Assembly: GCA_964106915.2 (NCBI GenBank)
Contig: OZ066916.1
Source: Podarcis gaigeae
Lineage: Eukaryota
Direction: 5' to 3' (one strand)
DNA length: 64,000 nt
Part shown: positions 51,129 through 64,000 of the stretch, piece by piece
How positions within the stretch are numbered: position 1 is the first letter of the stretch
Layout: each line of letters starts with the position of its first letter
Made by a program: the position numbers and the translations under genes
The notes under the pieces: model-generated
Told to the model about the DNA's origin: nothing
What the model saw: the letters and a program-made list of their open reading frames with translations, nothing else
Databases searched by the model: none

Positions 51129-53128
51129 AATGTGTGCACTGTCACCATACGGAATACATGTGCAGGCCTTTTACCTATGGGGGTGACTTGGATGTTGAGA
51201 CTGGAATGGCTGGACTGCAAGGGAAATTAAACTCTTTTCTGAGAGGAAGCCTTGAGGTTGGTGGCTTCATGCATCACTTCATTCGCTGCCCTTCTCACTG
51301 CTAGTCACTGGCGCCTATGACAAGGGAGGCACTGTGGACTCTTCTTGGCAGCATTTTGGCAGCATCCTTCTGTATTATGTGTGGAAGTAAGTGAGGACCA
51401 GGCTCCATAATATCATCGTAGCCTCCTTACTGCTTCTGCATGTTGATTGATGCCCTCCATGCATGAATATGATGTGCTATTGTCAATACACAATGCCATT
51501 ATTGACTGGTGCTGCTGTAGTTGCCACTGTGGGAATGTCTGTCGGTGGTGCTACATTATTTCTTGTATACTGCTGTTCATGGTTGGTTTTCGGCTTTTGC
51601 TGCTGTGGGTATATATGATTGAGACTAGAGGAGGTGCGCCTATAGTGTAGTGGATTGGCCTGTTATTCTCAAAATGCATTTCTTGCCTAAATATTTAAAG
51701 ACATAAATAACCTCCAGCTATTCCACCTTGTCATTTTAAGCTTTCTGACATTTATTGTTCTGAAGAGAAGAAAGGTCAAACTTATCAAATCTGCATTTAT
51801 GCTTCCATGACATTTTTCTCCAACCAAATTTTTCTGAATTACAGAGGCAAGACAAATGTAGCTCATTTCAGAAAGGACCTTTTTCATCTATGCATGGCCG
51901 CCTATGCCGTAGCACACATTTCTGAATATTCTTTGTTATAAGGGAAGAGTAATAATTCAATCAGTTCAAGAGAAATTTGGGAAACAGTCTTGTGAGGTAG
52001 AGATTGCATTCCAGTTCTGCCACTGACCCATCAACAGTGTAGTCCTATACATGTGTACTCAGAAGTAAGCCACAGTGAGTCAATGGGATTTACACTCAGA
52101 TCCGTGTGTACAGTGCATAGGGTTGTAGCCTAACTACCTTGGGGAAAGGAATTTAGACCTCATTTTCCAAACATAATGACTAGTTTTAGAGTGCCTTCCT
52201 TTCAGGTAAACAAACATACAAAGTGGTTTGAATGCAGCATTCAGATGCTTTGAGCAGTAGGTATGCATGCAGAGTTGTTGCCTCCTGTTGATTTCTAGCT
52301 ATAATTATATTTCTGCTAAATATTTACATAACGCAGTGTCCCTTGAGGGACTGCAAATTTTCAGAAACAGATGTACAAAATAGCCCCAGCTAAAGTAATC
52401 ACTTGAAAAGAAATCTTGTATATTTTCCTATATATTAAACACTGTTCTGACTTGGCTGGTACATTGTGCAATATATTTTTACCTATCAATATTTTAGCAG
52501 GTTGGGTTACTGTTAGGAATTCTAACAAAAGGCAGCCGAATGATAAGCAAACATAAAATTATACTTCAGGAAGCAAACTTCAGATTCCTTGGCACAAGTC
52601 TGTGTTTCCAAGTGTGATGCTCAGAGCCAGAGACAAATCCGTATCACTGGCCTTCAAACAGGAGCTTGAACTTTGAATATCAAATATACGTAGTGACCTT
52701 CGCATAAGCAAGTTGCAGACCGAAAAACGTTTGCTGAAATTAGGTGGCAAATAACTCTGACAAGCCAGAGACATCCATAAGCTACAGATAGGCAGCGTGC
52801 AAACAGGGAACAAGGCTACGGTTTGTCAAATAAATTGTTTTTCATGAAAACTGCTCAGGAAGGGACGGCAGTGGGGAGGAGGGGTATAACTCACTACATT
52901 TCAAAAGGACATTTTATTGAACAGATCAGAGAAAATTCAGGCATCCTGGCTGCTGAATCTACTTGTTCTCCTAACTAAACAAGACGGAAGCATGTATTAA
53001 CTGGAAACTTCTCCAGAGCCAAGTCTATTTGTATGAAACGGAATTCCAACTTTTGGAAAAGTCTTGGAGGGATCATGGATAAGAACCTGCTCAGACCAGC
53101 TCTCTCTTTGGAATTGATGCTAGTTAAA

Positions 53129-53493
53129 GGGACGCAGGTGGCGCTGTGGGTTAAAGCCTCAGCGCCTAGGACTTGCCGATTGAAAGGTCGGCGGTTCGAA
53201 TCCCTGCGGCGGGGTGCGCTCCCGCTGCTCGGTCCCAGCGCCTGCCAACCTAGCAGTTCGAAAGCACCTCCGGGTGCAAGTAGATAAATAGGGACCGCTT
53301 ACCAGCGGGAAGGTAAACGGCGTTTCCGTGTGCGGCTCTGGCTCGCCAGATGCAGCTTTGTCACGCTGGCCACGTGACCCGGAAGTGTCTCCGGACAGCG
53401 CTGGCCCCTGGCCTCTTGAGTGAGATGGGCGCACAACCCCAGAGTCTGTCAAGACTGGCCCGTACGGGCAGGGGTACCTTTACCTTTACCTTT
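53129..53493 (+). mobile_element. Sauria SINE (Squam1-type), CpG-rich and probably young
   Basis: GGGACGCAGGTGGCGCTGTGGGTTAAA...GGTTCGAATCCC...(ACCTTT)3, with many intact CpGs. Confidence 0.92.
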
Positions 53494-55437
53494 AAGCAAA
53501 CGGAAGCATAATAAACAACATGCATATTATAGGTAATGACAATGGGGAAAATAAGGTAATGACAATGGGGAAAATAATCCAATGGTCATAGTGCTGCCTT
53601 GGGAGCTTCCTCCTCTTCTGAAGACACTTTGCATGCATGAAAATGAAGCTTTTCTCTGCCACATTTCCCCAACTGTAAATGTGAATAATTGCATCTCTTT
53701 ACTATACAGGAAAACAGCCTGTACCAACATTTTGGTACACCTATGACTTAAATGTCATGTTTAACTATTCCAGCAGTTTAGAGGGAGACGGACATACAAA
53801 TACTTATGATAGACACCAAGATAAGTCAGAAATAGAGGTCTATACAGTTCTGCTTAGAAATTCCACCAAGCTCAGGTTATGCAGAAACTGCTCTTCATGA
53901 ATAGTTCATAGTGCAGTTAAATTGTTCTCTGAACCTTACTTCTGTGGAGACCATTGAAAACCAATGTGGTCCACTGGGTAGTTGTTGTTTCTATAATTTA
54001 AAATTGGGTTCAAATCCAAGTTGAACTCATCTGTAAATTGAGAATGTTAATTACTGACAAAAATGGGCTATGTAGAACATGAACCAACTAATGGTAGAAA
54101 TACAAACATACACTGCAATTGTATACACTAACATCCTATGGAACTTAGTGGGAACTGAGCAGGTTTGAAGGCAATAGTTGCAAAAGTCATTTGCATATTC
54201 ATATGCAGGTGATTAATAACTGGGCCAACTGAGAATTTTCACACTTTAAACATTAAGCATGCCTACACATTAGACTGACATCAATGAGAATCAATGGGGG
54301 AAATATTCCTTTTGAACTACAGGAAGATTACCAGCTGAGGTTGCATTGCATCTGAAGCTATATCCCATTCAAATGAGGCAAATACAACAGAATTAAACAC
54401 AAGCAAAATAATTGCACAGAGTTGATTTGTAAGAGCCATAGTGAGACAGCAGAATGAGGTAGTTATTGCCCGTAGCTTTCAGGATCTCATTCACAGTTTA
54501 AATATTTCACTCTTAGCACAATTTCTGTTGTCAGGATTACAAAATCAAACAAAAGGAATAGCAGTAAATTAATTATCCATCATGATTATTATCATATGAT
54601 CCAAGACAGGGGTGGGAAATAGCCAGCCTGTTGAGACCACGGAGGGCCATGGAGCCTCACCACCTGAACTGCAGCTTCTACTTCTTAGCCCCCCATCCTA
54701 CCCCATCATTTAGGTTTGAAAACCTAATTCACACCTATAGAAGACTACCTTCAAGCATAATTCCAGCACAGGAACATTTTCAGTGGAATTGCAGCTGAGG
54801 AAGGAGTTAACATTTAATAATGACTTTGCACTAGATATAAACTGATTTGATAGTTGTTTCTGTTCTCCAGGGCAGGGAATGCTGGGGAGCTCTAGCAGAG
54901 AATTCTGAGCATCTTAATCAAAGTATAGTTCACTGGCTTTTTTGTGGGAGGCCATGCTAGTTAAATTGGTATAAGACCAATATATGTGGGTAAAATACGT
55001 AGCTATAGCATTAGTATCTAAAGATTTGTATACACACCACCTGTTGCAGCATTACTCTAGTGCAATTGCTATCAACCCCAAATTGTACTGGAAGTTGGCT
55101 GAATTTACTTCCTAACAGAGTCATTTGCTCCCACCCTCTACCAGGGTGTCATAAAAATGGCCTATCCATAGCACGTGATCCATGTCCTATCCATAGCATA
55201 GAGGACATAAAGATACCTAACCACAAACTAAGAGTGTCTGGTGGCTTCCAGGATTGTGTATGTTTCCTGATCCATGGGGGTCCCACCCACAAGGACAGAT
55301 AATGGTCCAAGCAAGGTGGAGGTCTGTAGCCCGAAGATTCAAAGCAAACAGGAAGGCAAGGAAAGTTCAGCACCTTGGAGAGGGACCAATGTGTGGGTTT
55401 GAAGACCACTGTTAGTGAATCGGCAGAACATCTAAGT

Positions 55438-55573
55438 CAGGCATAGGCAAACTAGACCCTCCAGGTGTTTTGGGACTACAACTCCCATCATCCCTAGCTA
55501 ACAGAACCAGTGGTCAGAGATGATGGGAGTTGTAGTCCCAAAACACCTGGAGGGTCTAGTTTGCCTATGCCTG
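55438..55573. mobile_element. Palindromic hAT MITE, same family as 46147
   Basis: About 52-bp perfect inverted arms. 8-bp TSD ATCTAAGT / ATTTAAGT. Confidence 0.92.
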
Positions 55574-56605
55574 ATTTAAGTTGTCTAAGCAATGCCCTGA
55601 AGCAAAGGGCAAATCTTATAGCCTGGGCTAGGTAGAGGCTCCATTCCCTGAATGCTACATATGGTCAGTTAAAGGGCCCTTTACTGCAGAAGCTGATGTC
55701 TTCTAGACCCTCATATTTCAGTTTGTGGGGATCTCAGAGCTCTCTTGATCTTCCAAGGAGTCTGTGGTCCAAACATCAGGGTCTGATTCAGAGGAAGAGA
55801 CGCAGACTCCAGTGTCCATGACTCTACGTGGCATAGAAAAGAGAGTTGATCCCTCTCATCCTTGGGACTGCCATTGTCAGAAGACTTTCTCTCCAAGGAT
55901 TCCTAGATTCTACATGGTATGGAAGAAATACTACCACCTGCCACAGTGTTAACTTTTTGGCAGCTTGTCCATACTGAATTTTAACTGTGCTATACTTCAC
56001 ACTGAATATTATGTGAAGGAATATAATGTTAACAAATCCTAAGGCTAAACCCTAATGGGTAGGACTATTGCGGAGTCCGCCAGCAGCTATTCAAAATCAG
56101 CAAGGCGTAGACATAGGAGGGCTCCTGCACAGGTACAACACAAAAACATGGACATAAGGAGGAGCCCATCCTTCTAAAACTGATTACCAGGGTGGTGCCA
56201 AGAACAGAGATCTATGGAGAGGGAGCAGGGGGGCATGCAAAACCACCCTCTTTTTTCAGAATTAAAGACCATGGAGGGGGTAGCACCTGAAGGCAGTGTG
56301 GAAGACAGGACATCAAAGGATGATTCGGTAACAAAGCATTCTGAGAGTTACTGCATAGTGAGCCACAGTGACCTACCTCAAGCTACCTAGGAGAACATTC
56401 AGGCAGAGAATTTTCTTGGTGTCAGGAGAACTGTCAACATATTCTATTTCTAGAAGTCAATTACTGTGCCTGTCCCTCTGCTTTACCCCACTAGCCCAAA
56501 TAACAGTCAGCACTGGCAGCAAAGTCCAAATGGAAGATTGCTGGGCAGCAGAGGAAGGTCATTTCACAACACCATGCAAAATTTCATGCTTTTTCTTTGT
56601 AAGTA

Positions 56606-56780
56606 CAGTAGTACCTCTGGTTGCGAATGGGATCCGTTCCAGAGGCCCATTCACAACATGAAAAGCTCGCAACCTGAAGCGCCATATCTGCGTAGGTGTG
56701 CGGTGCGATTTAGCGCTTCTGTGCATGTGTGAGCTGCGAAACCCAGAAGTAACCGTTTCCAGTACTTCCAGGATTGACTG
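56606..56780. mobile_element. Tc1/mariner MITE, internally deleted relative of 3001-3260
   Basis: CAGTAGTACCTCTGGTTGCGAA...GACTG with TA flanks. Shares TAGCGCTTCTGTGCATG with the 3001 copy. Confidence 0.72.
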
Positions 56781-58633
56781 TACTACTTTTGGTTTAGCAC
56801 TAAATTGAGCAACCTAAATACCCAGGAACTTGCCATGGGTGTAAGATGGAAGTACTTATACATCCATGCAACTAATTCCAGCCATCCCATTTGAAGTAGT
56901 TGAATTTCATATACTTTTCATTAATATTACATTTTCTCCAAGTGTCAGATCTTGAACGTAAGGTTGATATATTTATTTGCTATGTTGCGCAAAGGTGTTT
57001 TAACATACACATTTGTTTTTTTCTTCTAATATGGCTATTTTAGCATAGGCAGTATCAAAAAGACAGATGAATCCTGCTCATGGAAGTATAAGCAATGCCC
57101 TTTCATTCCAATTTGGAAAGTTTCAGCAGGGCTTGGAGTAGAATGAAAACCATCTGCTAATACCCATGTCTGGTTGCATTCTCCAATCCACTCTACCATG
57201 ATCTGAGATGAAAGTATGCGCCTACAGACATTCCCAGGCCATGCAAGACCTATCAGCATATGTTTTATAGCTTCCAGGATGTGAAAAGTCTGATGACATC
57301 ATGAACTACTTGATGTGCCAAAGACCTGCTTCCAGATCTCTCTGGACATCTCCAGGTTATGTTAAACCTTACATTGCAAGTTGTTTCAGACCAAAACCCA
57401 CCAAAATGCAATAGGTTCTAAGTCAGAAATCACTCTGCACTAGTTGGCATCCTGGTCCGAAATCTAGTTGTAAACATCAATCAATTCCATCTATATACTG
57501 GTCTCCAACCATTTCCCACTGTTTACTTTGTTCAGGTTGGTATATGTCTCCACCATATTTTCTTATTTCCATGCTGAAATCTAGTGGCCAGTTCTGACTA
57601 CTTAAAACCTGAGGAACTTTGCTACTCATGGTATGTAGAAAGTCTAAATAGGAACCTAGACTGAGGGAATCCTCCAGCACAACATTCCAGGTGCTTTTGA
57701 AGTGTGAGCGTAGCAGTAACTCTAACAAAAATGCAATTACACTCCCATGGCGCCAGAACAGCTTCAGACATAACCCCATATTAAATTAGTATTAGTCTAC
57801 TTGTGTGCTATAGATTAGGAAGAAATGCACCCTCATAGTATGTCTCAAATGGACATACTATGCATTCCTATTAGGAACACTGTTCAACATCTCAATCTGT
57901 CTCATACATCAAAGTGGCATGACCTTCTGAATTGTCTCTAGACTGGCTTCCACTGTCTGTGCTTTAATATGCACCCCTATACACATACACTTTTGAATAT
58001 ATTGGTAACAATTCATCATCAATAAAAGTTAAATCCTCCTTACTATCTACAGATTACTGAAACATCCTAACAAACTTGCTTCAAGGAGCAAATGAAAACA
58101 TTTCTGGAACTATAACAAGCAGATTTGTCTACAGTATAGATGAAATACATGGACCAGTGGTTTATAGATCATTGCCTGATATAGATCATACATTCACTGG
58201 TGCTGGGCTAGAGCTGTCCTTCCAAGGTGGAGGAGCATGCTCACCCACTCCCCTCCACCACGCAGATAACATCTAATGTGAGCAGGGCACTCCATTCACA
58301 AAAATGCCCTATCACACAGACAGGCCTAGTCCAGGTTGTCCTTTCTCCCGAACAGTGTGTGTTCATGAGTGAGGAAGGAGACTGTGTGAACTTGACATCC
58401 ATACGAATAGATGTTTGTGTGGAGCATGTGACTCACACGTGATGCCATTTGCATGGTGGAGGAATTAGAGCTAGCCCCCTCTTCCATCTTGCAAGAGCAT
58501 AACTGTCCCTGGCAAATGTAAGAACCGGGACTTCGTTACTAGAATTATCTAAGGTTATAACGTTTTCTGCATCTTCAGAGTTTGCCATTGCTAAATCTTA
58601 AGGACCTCTTGGCTGTAAACTGGCCCTGTAAAG

Positions 58634-58959
58634 CAGGAGTCAGCAAACCTTTTCAGCAGGGGACTGGTCCACTGTCCCTCAGACCTTATGGGGGGCCAGA
58701 CTATATTTTGGGGGAAAAATAAAAATGAACGAATTCCTATGCCCCACAAATAACCCAGAGATGTATTTTAAATAAAAGCACACATTCTACTTATGTAAAA
58801 ACACCAGGCAGGCCCTACAAATAACCCAGAGATGCATTTTAAATAAAAGGACACATTCTACTCATGTAAAAAGACGCTGATTCCCGGACTGTCCACAGGC
58901 TGGATTTAGAAGGCGATTGGGCCAGATCTGGCCCCCGGGCCGTAGTTTGCCTACCCATC
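58634..58959. mobile_element. Non-autonomous hAT element with internal tandem duplication
   Basis: Ends CAGGAGTCAGCAAAC / GTTTGCCTACCCATC, 8-bp TSD CTGTAAAG / CTGTAAAC, and a ~55-bp block repeated at about 58746 and 58817. Confidence 0.8.
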
Positions 58960-61900
58960 CTGTAAACTGAGAACATTACTGAAAGCTGCAAACACCCTTA
59001 GAAAAAGTCACCATGGCAAAGGTTGCGAACCCCAGCACAGAACCCCCATAACACAAGGGATGTTATGCTTAACTGTTGAGAACTGAGCATTTCATCTAAG
59101 GACTTTTGTTGACACATTCTGCGGGGTGTTCCATAGAGCTTTTGCAGCCATCCTTTAAGATGGCTTTTCTTGCAATCTTTCGCTGTCTTCTTAATAATAC
59201 TTCCCACACACACTGAGGATTATCCTTCATAGAAATCTCTTCCAGAGTGATTTGTTAAATAAGGAAAGGATATAGACTTTAGCTAAGCAATTTTTAAAAA
59301 TAACCTTCAGTGGGTTCTGAGCAGAGGTTGGAGTGACAGTTGAGGCAACAAGAACATTTACTGGAACTTGTTGCTCATTTGAGAGGCAGAGTTCAGCTAC
59401 ACTTTGCTTCCCAGACCATCAATATTTTAATCTCAATCTACACAAAGAACAACTTTGCCAGCCTAAATAAATAAATAAAGTCAGGTTAATTATTAATCTC
59501 AACTTCTGGCAATTGTGAACTACTCACTAAACACGCAATAAGGAAAAGGCTCCTGTTTACCAATGAGAGTGTAAAGGCTTTGCATTGTTGACTTTGGGAT
59601 TGCATTGTTTGCAACATGTTTCCTATTAAGATGAACAACTGCTTACATGTTTTGCAAGGAAGATCTCAGCTATGCCCTTTCTGCAACAACTTGGCTCCTG
59701 CAAACAACATTGGTAGCTCTTGTGTGTAGGTGAGCTGCTGCTTGTAGATTGTGTTATTAACATAGCATTGATTAAATATGCCTTCAAACTAAATGCATGG
59801 TCATACTTAATCATGGAGCAAATATAATATATCTGAAGATATAACTAACAGCAGGTCTGAACTACTGTCAATCCCAGCAACAGAATCACTCAGAAGAATG
59901 GTAGGTAGCGTATGGAAAGAATATTACCCACAGGCGTCCCAAATAGTAACCAGAAGGATCTGTGGGATCTGTTTCTCTGAAAATCACATCTTTGATTGTT
60001 CTGGAATTGAGGGCAGAGCTTCAGCAACATGTTTTTTGTAAAGTGTCTACAGGAGGTCCATCACCATAGCTCAAAAAACTGAGTATAAGCCCTGCTTGTC
60101 CAATTTTTATTTCTGTTAGAATGCTTTCAATCTTGATTGTGCCCACTGAAGTCCTATCAGCAATTTTAAACTTTCTGGACCATTTATTCCTATATAAGAC
60201 AGAAGGTGGATGCTTCATCTTTCATTTCCGAACCAATCGGAATATACAACTCTCTTGAAAGATGTATTTAAGACTGCTCTGCAGGCCATTAACTATGGGG
60301 TTACTAACACTCCACTGATTAGGGTTCTGCATTATAAAATGCTAGCTTATGTCCTTATGGCACATTATAAGGGATATGAGGTTAATTTATACCATAATTT
60401 TACTTAAATGACAGGGAAAAGAAAGAGCTGCAGTCTAGATAGTATCAGCACTCAACATATGGGGAGAAGAAGGGATCTGTTGGGGTTTTTTTTATCAGGA
60501 AATTCAACAGGGAACAAGTGGAACAAGGGGGCATGCAATTCAGTGATCTCTTGCACTGGTCTAACCTTACAGAAGTTAATGAGACTGAATCAATATATAT
60601 GGTCATCAGTCAATCTCTCAGAGGAGGGACAGGCAGTTTCTTCAGTCAGAAGAGACAGGCCCTGCCTGGTCAACCTATTCATGGCCTAGAGAAATTTGGG
60701 AAATGATGTCATTGCAGCCACCAGGATATCTTGCCTAGGCTTCCCTGAACAGAAGATCTCAGCAAGTGCCAATCTCATTCCAAAACAGAAGGACATGTGA
60801 TGGACTTTCATACCGATTTCATCCTGGTAGTGGGAGTAGTGGGAGAATCAAAGTATAGGCTGAATGCAGCTTGCAGGTGTCAACTGGCCACTACTGTCTT
60901 AGAATATAAAAGCATTCCCTTTGGATACAAAAATGTCATTAAAAGAAGAATGATACTAAGAGGTTTCCCCATGTGTATGCTTCTCTTCCAAGAATGTGTC
61001 TCTTGCCCCTGTGCATTGACTTTATGCACTGTCTAGGCATTTTTCCTTAAGAAATAAATTCTGGGACTTTTCAGTATACTCTGCTTGTGCATAACACACA
61101 GTACAGTCTTCACTCCATTTACTCTAAAGTAGCCCAAGGGAGCTCAGAACTACTCTGGAATCAGTAAACTGAAAACTGGCAGTCTGGTATACAATTTAAT
61201 TAAACCTAAATACTTCTGCTTTACAGCAGTTTAGTCTACTTCAATTCATTGGCTGCATAAACTTAAATCAGTAGTTCAACAAAATTGAGGAGTTAGCTGT
61301 TATCCTACTTTATATCCCCATGGTAATCCATAATGTAATTTCTGTAACCTTACAAGCAAACTATGGGGACAAATTTTCATCTGTTTCACTGAATTAATGT
61401 GTCATACATTAAACACAAGGAATTTGAATTACACTGTATCTTACAGAAAACTTTTTAAGGCATGCTGATAACAGTCAGTAGGAATCTATTGATTGAAGGA
61501 ATGTGTTTAAGACACACATACTGGAATGCAGAGATATTGATTTTAATCCAGTAATTAATGGAAGAAGAGATAAATTGAAATGAAGACTGGTCACTGGTCA
61601 TTAATCAGTTGACAGCTTTAGCAGTTATAGACTTACATGAGAGACCAGAGAGACTTGTGAACCACAGCTAAAGAAATACATCCTGCTTATCAACCAACCA
61701 CTTCATAAAGTCTTTTTTTCTAGGCTACAGTTCCTTGAAACTCAAACCACACACAATTTTTCACAAACATGCTTGATCCAATCAAAACTTCGTTTTGTAT
61801 CTCTCTTTTTCCAGGACCAAGAGATTAAAGACCCTCTCTACTCTCTGTCTTGAATAATCCTGTAAGATGTGGTTTACTTTTACTGGGTACATTTAACGGG

Positions 61901-62599
61901 AAATAATTCCCACTGAAATCAGTGGAACTTTCGTCTGGGTAACCAGGCACAACAGTGATTTGTTAGCCAATGACACAAAAATTCAAGGAACCACTTGCAT
62001 CTCCCAAGATAAAATAAACATCTAGAACCAGAGCAGTCCACAGCCCAATTGCTTCTTAGTAGACTAACCGAAGTGCTTTGGAACCAAACTAGATGCTTTT
62101 TAGACCATAGTGATAATGATTACTCATTTATTATTTTCTACAAGAGGGAGAGGGCAGCTTCCTGGTCAAGGGAAGGAAGAACTTTGCCTTTGATAACAAC
62201 CCTTTATGCCACTAAGTGAGAATCAAGGTTCCCAAATAGAGTACTGCAGAGCCTTATGCCCATAAGCCTGCAGTACAATATTTTTGCACTGGACACCACA
62301 AGGCCAACCAATTAAGGGAGAAGAGGAATTTAGACAAGCACAACAGGCATGTAGTTTCCATGCAACTCTTTCAGTTTCATTCAGAGATACACACCCTTTC
62401 CTGCAGTAGTGACTGGTTATTTTAAGATCTGTGCAGAAATTTCAGAGAAGATTACAAACTCTTTCCAGTGGATTTTTGTGATAAGCTACATAACTTCTCT
62501 ACAAGAAGTAGAGTCGACTTTAGAGGCAGCAGCAAAATACCTCCTTAGAGGTTTCTGACATTAGGTTTCCTAATCCAAATCATCCTAGCCCGAAGGGGT

Positions 62600-64000
<1,401 letters not shown>

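Noticed and set aside
53129-53215. tRNA-like A/B boxes
   Set aside because: They are SINE heads, not tRNA genes. The same applies near 6230-6260, 12050-12127 and 12420-12490.
58740-58875. Direct repeat with spacer resembling a CRISPR-like array
   Set aside because: Only two ~55-bp units, inside a hAT element in a vertebrate genome.

Overview
Vertebrate genomic DNA, almost certainly from a squamate lizard and probably a lacertid, judged from Sauria/Squam-type SINEs, BovB, CR1, L2 and lizard MITEs. The right end (about 62600-64000) is a CpG island holding the first coding exon of ALK (anaplastic lymphoma receptor tyrosine kinase) on the minus strand, with a GT donor at 62762. I found no exon 2, so the other ~62.7 kb is most likely ALK intron 1. 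The intron is filled with transposable elements. The most notable is a young, two-LTR Ty1/Copia retrotransposon (6350-11100). It has an uninterrupted 1197-aa NC-PR-IN-RT-RH ORF but no recognisable capsid, which appears to be replaced by a ~77-bp tandem repeat leader. It also has a half-tRNA(iMet)-type primer binding site, a YVDD->YVND RT lesion and an anomalous right integration junction. Other elements are a near full-length but disabled BovB LINE nested in a CR1 fragment, three Sauria SINEs, other tRNA SINEs, L2 and L1 remnants, several Tc1/mariner-type (TA) and hAT-type (8-bp TSD) MITEs, and microsatellites. There are no prokaryotic-type systems, CRISPR arrays or rRNA/tRNA genes. Most short ORFs in the supplied track are chance or repeat-derived.
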